A stretch of DNA of 64,000 bases, taken from positions 58,906 through 122,905 of IMG/VR virus record IMGVR_UViG_3300001528_000136. One strand, 5' to 3'. The DNA comes from a virus. Lineage: Duplodnaviria; Heunggongvirae; Uroviricota; Caudoviricetes. The translations under genes and the position numbers were made by a program. Of the stretch, positions 13,001-24,001 are shown piece after piece. Position 1 is the stretch's first letter; every line of letters starts with the position of its first letter. Below the pieces are notes generated by a model. It was given only the letters and a program-made list of their open reading frames with translations. It ran no database searches and had not been told where the DNA came from.

Positions 13001-15965
13001 TTGGAAAGACCACTATAATCCTGAAAAATCAGAAGATTATGAGAGCATAAATCTAGGAGATGTTAATGCAGTTTAGTTAGGAATGTGGGTAACATTTAGA
13101 GTTCGTTCATCTTATAATTTAAATATTAGAACATTAGATAGTTCAAATATTGATGAAAAATAGATGACAGGACATGCTAGAGGTTATTTTCCATATTATC
13201 CTATGAGTGTTGAAGGTACTTATAAAATATCAGAATCTTAGATATATAATAAAGGATTTAGTAAATCTCTTAGTGAACGATGGAATAATTTATTACCAGA
13301 TGTTCCATATATTAAGAATTGGTTTGGTACAAGAATAATGTATTCTGACATTCACATCAATGATGCTTATAAGAATGGTTATAGAGTATTTCAAGGAACA
13401 CATTATAGAGATTATACTAGAGAATATGGTGAAATAGTTAAACTAGTTTCTTTAGAGTCTAACTTATTGGTTGTTTTTGAGCATGGAATAGGATTGCTTG
13501 AAGTCAATTAGTAGATACTTACATAGTAGAATGGATAGTATATAAACACTTCTAATGTACTCCCAGAAAAGCCTAAAATTATTTCTGATATGTTTGGCAG
13601 TCAGTGGGCTGATAGTGTCTTAAAAACTCCAGGAAAAAGTGGAGATTCTATTTAGTATGTTTATGGAGTTGATACTGTTGCTAAGAAGATATGGCGTACT
13701 GATGGTAATTAGTTAGAATGCATTTCAGATTTTAAGGTTCAAGAATTTCTAAATAATAATATATCTCTTGGCGAAAGAGAACTTACACCTAAATTAGGAG
13801 TTCGTAATGTTAAGACTTGCTACAATGCTTATAAAAAAGATGTGTTATTTACATTCTATGACAATACTTATGGATTTTAGGAGAAAGTATGGAACTTATG
13901 CTGGAATGAGATACTCTAGAAATTTATAACTTTCTATAGTTGGGTTCCTAGTTTTATGGAAAATATAAATAATATTCCATTCTCATTTAATAGAGATACA
14001 TCTAAGTGGATTGCTAAATTAGGAGTTTCACATTCTAATAACTCATTTGCAGATGGTATTACTTTAACTAATACCGTATTTGACTCTCTTAATGGTACTA
14101 GAATGGTATCTAACTATGAGGTGCCTATTACTTATACTAATAAATAGGGAATAGAAAAAACTATAATTAAAACTGTAGTTAATAAGGATAATTATATAGG
14201 AGCTTTATCCCTATCTAATAGAACTCTACCTACTGAATAGTTATATTATGAAATTAGTTATAAATTAATGAGAGATAATTATAAGAATTATAAATTATTC
14301 TATATAGCTAAATTAGAGTTTGAAGATTCTGATACTTGTAAAGGCAATTAGTATCCAACTGATGCTAGATATTATGGTAAAGAGTTAATTAGATATGGTT
14401 TATTCCTAAATAATAATATTTAGGCAAAAGAAGTATTCTATGTAAAGAATAATAGTATGGAGCATGTTTAGTTAATTGATGGTAGTTATATTCATACTCA
14501 AGAAGCTATAACCGAAGAGGTGTTATCGGAAATGTATTATAGAAATAGTGCAGGACATGCTTACTCTGATTATGATACTAATAAAGTAGCTCCTGGTTCC
14601 TATTCTATAACAGATAAAGATGGCAATATAATTACTTATGAAGAAACTATTCATACCAATTTACCTATTTATAAAAATATAGCTGGAAAAAGAGAAGTAC
14701 TTCCTGAAAAGCAACAAATTAATTCTGATAAAATAGTTAGACTGTTAAATATTAAAGCTACAATTAGTATAGAAACTCCTAATGAAGCTAATGTTACAGA
14801 TGCTTTTTATAATTATAAAGCTGGATATAATCCCGATACTACTCTAGTTAATTTTGGATAGTATGAATCTACTATAGCAGTAACTCCCAAATGGAATATG
14901 TAGTTTTTATCTACAGACTTCTGGAAACATGGACAAGCTGGTATTATAGATATAGCAGATGATATATATCCTACTTATTGGTATGGTAAATAGCATCAAT
15001 TTGAGTTTGAGGTAATAGTAGTTAATGACCCAGCTGTTCATAAGATATTTACTAATCTCGAACTTATAGCTAATAAAGCAAAACCTGAATCTTTTCATTA
15101 CGAAGTAATAGGTGAATCTTATGATTTTGCAAAGGACAAAGCAAATATGTATTTTAGATAGGAAGCTTTAAAAGCACTCTGGTAGTATAATGGTTGTGAT
15201 ATTGAATATAATAATAACTTTTTAAAGATTCAACCAAGACAAAATGCTAAGTCTGCTGATTTACCTCATGTTTATTATGCTAGATAGGATAAAATAAATG
15301 AGGTTGAAGATAGTTATGTTTATGCCACTGCTCCATCAGGTGCTGATTATAGACATTTATCAGGTGCTGAAATAGTGTATTATCCACTTAGGTAGGAATA
15401 CAGAGTATGGAATCATGCTATGGCTGTTGACTTAGATAATTAGGTAGATACAACTGATTCTGCATTTGGTGGAAGAGGATTAATATCTTCTAATATGAGA
15501 TACTAGGAAGATAGATGGAGAATATAGATAAATCCTCTATTAGTTACTTATAAGAATGAATATAAGAGACCAGAAGGTTCTACATCAGGACCATTAATAA
15601 CTCCAAATAATTCCACATGGGCTTTTGCTAGTGATAATAAAACTAGATTACCTAAATTATCTATTTATAATTCTCCTATTCCTGATGATGTAATTAGTAA
15701 GGGAGTTATAGATATGCCTAATGAAGAAACAGGTGATGGTGTTGACAATGCTTTATATGGTTTATATGCTAAGAATAAATCTTATCTAGACAATTCTGAT
15801 TGGTTGAATGATTCTAATATATATAATACTAATTTTGGTGTTGCTTAGAATCGTAAAGAGGCAGATATGAGAGACAAGTTCATAAAGATTAGAATTAGAT
15901 ATAGTGGAAGAGAATTGGCGGTTATTGACTATTTAAATACAATATATCAAGTTAGCTATATTTAA
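10062..15965 (+). CDS. Large tail (muzzle/stabilisation-like) protein (1967 aa, TAG=Gln)
   Basis: Track fragments 10473, 12354, 13956 and 14520 share this frame. N-terminus LVYEYNPFRNYR. C-terminus RDKFIKIRIRYSGRELAVIDYLNTIYQVSYI ends at TAA 15963-15965. Confidence 0.7.
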
Positions 15966-15966
15966 T

Positions 15967-17574
15967 ATGAGTAAATATACAAAAATAAGAAAAATATAGA
16001 AAGGACAATTAGGGTTTTAGTTTGGGGTTACTGATACTAGTAACTCCACACTTACCCAAACAGCTTAGGATGCTGTAAATAATTAGATTAATTAGAGCAC
16101 TTAGGGAATCCGTAACTAGATATAGCTTAAATAGTTTGGTAATTAGTTATTAAACGGGTATCAATAGTATTCACCTTATATCTATGGAGGATTAACTAAT
16201 TTTGGTATTATGTCTGGTAATTCTACTATGGCTAATATAGGCTAGTTAGGTAACACTATAAATGGTGGTATTTAGTTAGCTTAGAATTGGAAAGGACTGT
16301 CTGGTGCTGATAAAGCCACTGGTGTTGCAGGATTAGCTGGACAGGCTGTAGATACATTAGATAATGCTTTATTTAGTAAACAACATGCTAATGACTCTGC
16401 TTTAACTAAAGGACTTAATTCAGGATATGATGCTGTATCTAATGCAGCCATGATGTTCTCGCCTGTTGGGACTGTCGTTGGAGGTGCTATGAAAGTAGGA
16501 AAACTCTTAGGTGATGGACTTACAGCTATAGGAGTTGGAACTGACCAAATGACTAAAACAGATTAGGTTCTTGATAGTAGCTTTATGAAACTTACTCCAG
16601 TTGGTTTAATTAATGGTATTGGTGCTAAAAGAACACAAGATTTTTCAGCTAACGAAGATACTATTGAAAAAGTAGGAGGTTCTTATGGTGGTTCTGTAAA
16701 TACTATAAATGATGCAGTATCTAAAGCTGGCAAAAAATATGGTCTATTTAGTAGCGGTGCTAGAAAGAAAGCTAACCGACTTATTGATTCTGCTAGATAG
16801 CAATAGAATATAATGACCAATATATCTAATGAATATCAAGATTAGCTGGCTAATAAATCAGATTTAGCTTATACTAGATATAATATGGATATTAATGGAG
16901 GCTATCAACAATAGTATATTAGAGCTGCCAAGAATGGTACTATTCTTAAACGTATTTAGTTAAGAAAACATAGAGAAGGGGGTACATTATCTAATTAGTT
17001 ACATAATGTCATAAATTTAGAGACCAAAGAAGTTGAATGGAAACCAATAATTAATACAGATATTAATTAGGAAACTCTAAAATTTAAAGAAGGTGGAGAA
17101 TTAACTAATTAGTCTAATAATTAGGAAGAAATTAAATAGTGGCAACCTAATATAACTATTAATTAGTCTATTTAGACTATGGCAGAAGGAGGTAAATCTA
17201 AAGAATCTAATCCAGATACTGAATAGGAAACTAATCAAAAGAATGTGATACCAGAAGGTGCTTTACATGCTCATAAGCATCATATGGAACATGCTGAGGA
17301 TTTAACTAAGAAAGGCATTCCTGTAGTTGATAATAAAGGCGAACAACAAGCTGAGGTAGAAAAAAATGAAATCATCTTCTCATTAGAAGTAACTAAATAG
17401 TTAGAAGAACTACATAAGAAATATTAGAGTGAAGAAACTACTTAGAAAGAGAAAGATGAAGTAGCTATTGAAGCTGGTAAATTATTAGTTTATGAAATTC
17501 TTCATAACACTGAGGATAGAACAGGATTAATTAAAGAGTGTAAGAAAGGAGGAACTTTAGATGAACATAAATGA
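15967..17574 (+). CDS. Putative virion cargo/ejection protein (535 aa, TAG=Gln)
   Basis: ATG 15967 to TGA 17572-17574. Gln/Gly/Asn-rich N-terminal half with Gly-rich amphipathic segments and several xx-GG motifs. Late part is NVIPEGALHAHKHHM..GIPVVDNKGEQQAEVEKNEII. Confidence 0.6.
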
Positions 17575-18238
17575 TTTATTGGTATCCTATAATTAGGTAC
17601 AAGTTCCCCAATTCATGCAAGACACTAATATTAATTATGAACCTATAGGAGAAGAACTGACTAATAAAGATCTAATTAATTAGGAAAACTTAGAAAGAAT
17701 CTAGAATAGAAGAAGGGAAGGATTCGCAGGATGGAAACCTCTGGAACAATTAGATAATTCTCAACAATATTCAAATAATACAACAAATATGACACCAAGT
17801 AAAGGAAATGCAACTTTTGAGAAGGCTATGGATTCTTACCTAGCTAAACATCCCGAAGATGCTCAATATAGATAGACATTAACTAAAATAGCTGAGAAAG
17901 AATCAAGTTTTAGACCTACAGTAACTAGTAAATATTCTACTGCTTGTGGTTATTTTGGATTTATAAATAGTACTCGTAAATAGTATGCTCCTAATTTAAC
18001 TAGAGAATAGTTCTTAAATAACCCAGAAGAACAAATAGCTGCTGCTACAAGATTACTTAAAGCTAATAGGAAGACTTCTAGTAAATATACTAATTTAAGA
18101 GGTCTTAGTTAGTTACAAGTAGATTACGGTATGTGGTTTAGTCCTGGTGAATTTGCTAAATATTTAAAAACAGGTAAATCTGATTTTAAAGATGCACAAG
18201 GTACTAGTTTAATGACTATATTAAAGAAAATGGCATAA
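17561..18238 (+). CDS. Lytic transglycosylase (SLT-like), probably virion-associated (225 aa, TAG=Gln)
   Basis: Not in the track. It reads TLTKIAEKESSFRPTVTSKYSTACGYFGFINSTRKQY..PEEQIAAATRLL, giving the catalytic ES motif and the AxGxxxF motif of SLT domains. Confidence 0.7.
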
Positions 18239-18861
18239 TGGATAAAAAGAAAATAATTATAGGAGATAAAGAATATACTGTAGAAGTAGCTAAGACAGAA
18301 GAAGATAGAAAAAAAGGACTTCAGGGTAGAGAATATTTATAGCCTGACGAAGGAATGTTATTTGTTTTTAGTGAGTAGCAACCAGTAGTTGAATTTTGGA
18401 TGAAAGATACTAAAATTCCTCTCGACTAGATAGCTATTAATGATGATAATGAAGTAACTACAATATATAAAGCTCAACCAGAAGATGAGACATTACATCC
18501 TTTTCCTAATGTCAAGTATCTATTAGAAGTTAATTAGGACTCAGGTATTGAAGAAGGTGATGATTTTGAGTTTGATGAATCTGATGACCCTAATAAGTAT
18601 GTAATGAAAGTATTGGCTCCAGATGGTTCAACTTAGATGAGCTTATAGGGTGGAGAACGTATATTTAGTAGAATTTCTACCAAATAGATGATTACTTGGG
18701 CTAAAAAAGCAGAAGCTAATAAAAATAATAAAGAGCTATTTACTAAATACTGTAAAAGATTAGGTAAAAGAATGTTTAAGGAGATATATGCACAAGACCA
18801 TAGAGAGCCAGAATATGTGTAGTCTCCTGAATCTAAAGAAAATTAGAACGATAAAAATTAA
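18238..18861 (+). CDS. DUF192-family protein with C-terminal extension (207 aa, TAG=Gln)
   Basis: VEVAKTEEDRKKGLQGREYLQPDEGMLFVF..FWMKDTKIPLDQI..YLLEVNQ is the DUF192 signature. TAATG overlap with the upstream gene. Confidence 0.8.
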
Positions 18862-18887
18862 ATAATTATATAAGTCATCAAAATTAT

Positions 18888-18916
18888 TTGCATAATAGAT
18901 TAAAAGTATATATGAT
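18888..18916 (+). promoter_or_regulatory. Candidate promoter, sigma70-like TTGCAT-N17-TATGAT
   Basis: Lies in the only sizeable intergenic gap of the late region (18862-18971). 17-nt spacing. Chance matches are plausible in AT-rich DNA. Confidence 0.4.
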
Positions 18917-18971
18917 TACATATATAAGAATTAGATAATTAACTAGTTAATTAAAAAGTTTATAACAAATT

Positions 18972-19265
18972 ATGGAATTTATTAAAAAGTTTCAAGAAGG
19001 TGGTGCAATGCCACAAGATGCTGGGGCTGCTCAGGCTGCTCCACAAGGAGGTGAAGACCCAACAGCAATGTTAATGTAGGGTGCTTAGCAGGCAGTTCAG
19101 AATCAAGATTGTCAAATTGCAATTCAAGTATGTCAAATGGTGATTGAAATGCTTGGTGGAGGTGGTGCCCCTGCTGAGGGTGCTGGTCCAGAGGCTGCTG
19201 CGCCTGACCAAGGAGAGCCAGTTTATCGTGCAGGCGGAAGATTGATTCGTAGAATTAAAAAGTAA
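18972..19265 (+). CDS. Small Ala/Gly/Gln-rich internal virion protein (97 aa, TAG=Gln)
   Basis: MEFIKKFQEGGAMPQDAGAAQAAPQGGEDPTAMLMQGAQQAVQNQDCQIAIQVCQMVIEML..VYRAGGRLIRRIKK. GC-richer than its neighbours. Flanked by a candidate promoter and a terminator. Confidence 0.7.
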
Positions 19266-19278
19266 TTAAATTAAAACG

Positions 19279-19325
19279 TAGGGATGTATCTAGATATATG
19301 TTTAGGTATATCCCTAATTTTTATT
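19279..19325 (+). terminator. Intrinsic terminator
   Basis: 16-bp stem TAGGGATGTATCTAGA / TTTAGGTATATCCCTA (3 G.U pairs on the + strand), loop TATATG, then ATTTTTATT. Confidence 0.8.
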
Positions 19326-22300
19326 ATGGCAGAAACTAAAAAGAAATCACAATATAACTTTGGAGGACATAATTTTGATACAGCTTTATATCTTTAGAAT
19401 TTACGAGATAATGCTGAATCATTTCTTAATTCAAAGACGGATTGGACTCCAGAACAAAAAGAAGAGTGGAAGCATTCTTATACTAATTTTACTAATGCTT
19501 TATAGGATTAGATAAATAATAATACAGACAGATTTAGTACAGATGAATTTGGTACTATAACTGATAAAAATGGAGAGTTTTCTAACACTGATTCTGACAA
19601 TTTCTATTATAATAATAAGGGATAGCAAATTAGTTAGGAAGACTATGATAAGTTAAAAGCTAGAAAACAGGGTAAGTATCAGACTTTTGAAGCCAATAGA
19701 CAATTTGCCAGTTACGCTAATTAGATAGGTAAGGGTCTAAGAGATGCTTTGGAGGCGAAAAAAGCGACTTCCAGTGACGGATTTGACTATGCTAAGAATG
19801 GCTTTGCTTCATTCTGGAATAATAAATATAATCCAAGTGGAGAGTAGGTGGATAGAAAATTGTACTGGGCTTTAGATAAAGATGGTCAATATACTAATAG
19901 AGTAGCTCAAACTCTTACTGACATTGATGAGTATCTAAAACGTGATGATTTACCTGATGATGTAAGAGCTAATGTTGAAGCATATAGAAATAAACTTCAA
20001 GAATATTCTACAGATAATAAAGATTTTGATGTAGAAGGATGGAAAAACGGAGTTTAGCTTGCAGCATCTAGAGCAGGTCTTGGTACTTGGAATAATGGAT
20101 TCTTTAATATGGGTTCACAAGATTCTGCAACTCCTGAATCTAATTAGTAGAAACCATTTGATATAAATAATGACTAGGATGTTATTGATAGATATAAGTT
20201 AGCTGATTAGATTGCAGCACATCCTGAGTAGAGAGAACATATTATTGATTTAGCTAGAAGACAATATAATTAGGAATCTTAGGATTATACTGATTAGTAT
20301 AATGCTGCTATTAAATAGGAGTAGGATGCTAAAAATAATAAAATATGGCAAACTTATTTAGCTAATAATCCTTATGTAGCCGATGTAAATAAGAGAATTG
20401 GAAGAAGTGGTACTACTTCATTTTGGTCTGGTGCTAGAAGTACTAAAAAAGCATAGGATTATGTTAGTCAAACAATTATGTCTTAGGAAGAGCAAGATAA
20501 AGTACATAATACTACGGGATATATTGGAAAATTAAGACCTGAGTTACAAGCTGCTTTAACTGGGGCACATTGGAATACTGATGATAATCCACTGTTAAAA
20601 TAGTTAAATGTGTCTACAACTAACGGTCTAAATCTTAAAAATCTAGGTAACTGGTATCAATACAACTGGGACTAGTTAATGGCAAGAAGAGATACTTCAA
20701 TGAAGGGATGGACTGCGGTTAAAGATAGTAAAGGTAACGAAGTGTGGAAAAGAAATGATAGTTTGAGAAGTAAAGATGGTACTTATTTCTACATGTTCAT
20801 GGGTAGAGACGGTAAACTACATACTTATCGTTCTAAACCTTACTCCACATTAAAATCTGAAGCTATTTCTAAAGGATAGTTAGGAATGTCTATTTATACG
20901 AAGCAAGGAGCTGAAAATGCTAAAAAATAGCAATAGGCAAAAGCTGCTATATCTAAATAGACTGCTTAGGATAAAGGACGTACTACTCAATAGCAGAAGA
21001 ATATGGAGCAAACTGGCTTTACAGGAACTGATATAGCTAGATTAGCTAGTATAGGTATGGATATGGGTTCTTTAGCTGCAGCTTATACAGGTCCTGAAAC
21101 GATGGGAGTAGGAACATTAGTTAGTGCAGGATTGGGAGTAGGTTCTACATTAACTAACTTAGGTGCGGATTTAATTGATGGTGAAAATACTTGGGAAGCT
21201 TTAAAAACTGCTGGTTATGGACTAGGTATGGATACTTTAGGATTAATTCCAGGAGCAGGAACTGCTGGAAAACTAGGTAAAATAGGATAGACTGCAGTTA
21301 AGTATGTTCCTAGAATCTTAGCTTACTTAGGCACCTTACAAGGAGTCTAGAACATGCCTTATATAGTAAATTCATTCAAGAAGCTAGGTACAAATTAGAA
21401 ACTTACTGTAGATGATTATCGTAATATGGCTTAGGGAATAGGTCTTATTACTGGAATTGGAGCTGCTGGAAGTAGAAAAATAAGAAATAATAAAACCACT
21501 GAGTAGTTAGGTAAACAAAAGGTAGATTTTAGTAAATCAAGAAATAAAAGTATTTAGGTTAAACAGAGTGATTAGGTAGCTCTCAAATTTAAAGATAAAT
21601 AGGGTAATACTAAGTCATTTGTATTTAAGGGTGAAGATGCTAATGCTATAAGAAATGCTAAAAATGCTGAAGAGATTAAAGCAATAACTTCTAAGTATAG
21701 TAAGTTAAGAAACTATGAATTAGTTAATTCAAAAGCATTAAGACCTCATTTATAGTGGATTAGAAAAGATGGCAATTGGTAGAATCCTTTTCACAGAGTG
21801 AATAATCCTATACGTAAATATGATGTTTACGAAAATGCAGGAGGAATGTATACTAACTAGCAAGGAATTAGAGGGTGGCTTATGCCTTATGGAGGTGATA
21901 GGATAAGTAAGTCAGATATACTTGGAATTCCTAGAAAAGCTAAATAGGTAACAGCAGATAATGATATTATTAAATAGCAAGTGTAGAATGCTGTTAATGA
22001 AAGAGCTGCTAACGAAAACCTACTAAAAGACTTTCAAGCAGCTAGTGATATGCGTAGACAAGCTAAGAACAGTGGAAACATTCAAGATTATCACGATGCT
22101 ACTACTTTATAGAAGGAAACTTGGGATAAACTACAAGGAGCTAGAACTGAATATAACAAATTAAGAAACATGGTTAAAAATGGTTCTATAACATTTGGCA
22201 GTGGACGGAATAAAGTCCAAGCTGATTGGAAAGACATTCTAGCTAAATATAAAATAGCTTATAAAAAAGGTGGTTCTATTTAGAAACTAGCTAATGGTGA

Positions 22301-23999
22301 CAGTATAAATGGAAATCCTGCTAAATAGAACAGTGTAGGATATTCAAATGACTATAATTGGAATACTGATGTCTTCTCTAAGAACTTAGACCATATCTTA
22401 GGCAGCCTTAAATAGTACAAAGATGGGTATGCAAACTGGTTAAATAGTATGTAGGATTTACACTATAATGATTATAGTAATGCTTCTAAATAGGACTATT
22501 TAAATACTAATGCATATAACAATTCAACTGTTGGACAATATTAGGATAAATACAAAGCTGGATATTAGGATGAATGGAATGTAAGTCCTGAAGGAAATGA
22601 CCCAGATGGTTTAGGTTATAATACTCTAGGTATTAAATCTGCTCAAGATGCCGGAAAGTTCGGTATAGTATCTGGAAATGCCAACTCAGGAGATTGGTTA
22701 GGCAATGGTAATATGTATAAAACTGATAATTCATTCGGAGGCATTACCGATGCCAGAAGATTATTAGGACGCGAAGGAGATTTTAACGAAAATTAGTTAA
22801 AAGAATATTAGTAGAAATTTAAAAAACAAGGATATGATTTTTATTTAGACCCAAATACTAAATATTATAAATTAAAACCGTACACAGATCCTTCAAGAAC
22901 AACTGTAGCAGATGATAAAAAGCCTTAGCAATCTAATAACTTTAGTGTTAAAGACTTGCTAAATAAGCTTGATGTTACTGATAAGTGGGGTATTCCTAGA
23001 GCTATGTATGCTGATATAACTAATAGAAAAGTTACAGATTTACTTAAAAAGCAACCACTCTTATTAGACCCTCAAGAAGACCATCGTTATATTCAGTCTG
23101 ATTTAGATGCAGAAATAAATGGTTAGGCTGCTGCAGCTTAGTTAAGTAGATTAGCTAGTTAGCCATTAACTTCTGATGGAAATTTACAAACAGCAGCCTA
23201 GTTAGATGCAGTAGCTAAGGGCAATGAAGCTATTACTTAGGGAAGACAATAGAGTAATTAGCGATTAAGAGAAATGGCAGAGTAGGCTTGGCAATAGGAA
23301 GTAGTTAATCATACTAATAGACATAATACTGCTATGTAGAATAGATAGTCTATATATAACACTAAGAATGAGAATAACTCTCTGGAAGCTGCTTATCTTA
23401 ACTAGAAATTTACTGTTTGGGATGCTTTGGCACAGGAAAAAGAGTTTAAGGCAAAATCTGATTATGAACAGATGAGAGCTAGAGCTGATTAGTTTGCACA
23501 AGGAGATATAAATAATGCTATTAAATATGGATTGGCTAATTATGCTGATAAATATGGTTTAACTCCAGAAGATGTATCTCTGTGGAATAAAGTGTACGTA
23601 GATGGTTCTATGAAGCTTGATGATGTTTAGAAAGACCCTAATAAATTAAAACAGTGGAATAAGGTATTATCTGCTACCAGACAGATTTAGCAAGACTTAC
23701 TTGGAGAATACTATGGTATTCCTAAATCTAAATATTGGACTATCAGACAATCTTCTTATTCGCCAACTATAACTACTTAGACCACTAAATAGAAGAAAGG
23801 TGGTCATATAAACCTAAAAAAGGTAAGAGAAGCAGCTAAAGGTGAAAAACTTGCAGCAGCTTAGTTAAAAGCCCAAACAGCAGATGCTGATAGATTTTAT
23901 AAAACAACTAAAGACCATATAGATAGAATGTATGATGCTATAAACAGACTAACTAATTATAGTAGTACTAAAAAGAAACGTAAAAAGAAGTCTAATTAA
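19326..23999 (+). CDS. Large virion cargo/ejection protein (1557 aa, TAG=Gln)
   Basis: Track fragments 19848, 20679 and 21003 share this frame. TAA 23997-23999. Contains a glycine-zipper-like hydrophobic segment at 21003-21290. Confidence 0.7.
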
Positions 24000-24001
24000 C
24001 A

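Noticed and set aside
18862-18971. Suppressor tRNA (CUA) or other tRNA in the intergenic gaps (also 51856-52200)
   Set aside because: No cloverleaf, T-loop GTTCRA or CCA end was found. The hairpins present are terminator-like. The expected tRNA must lie outside this window if it exists.
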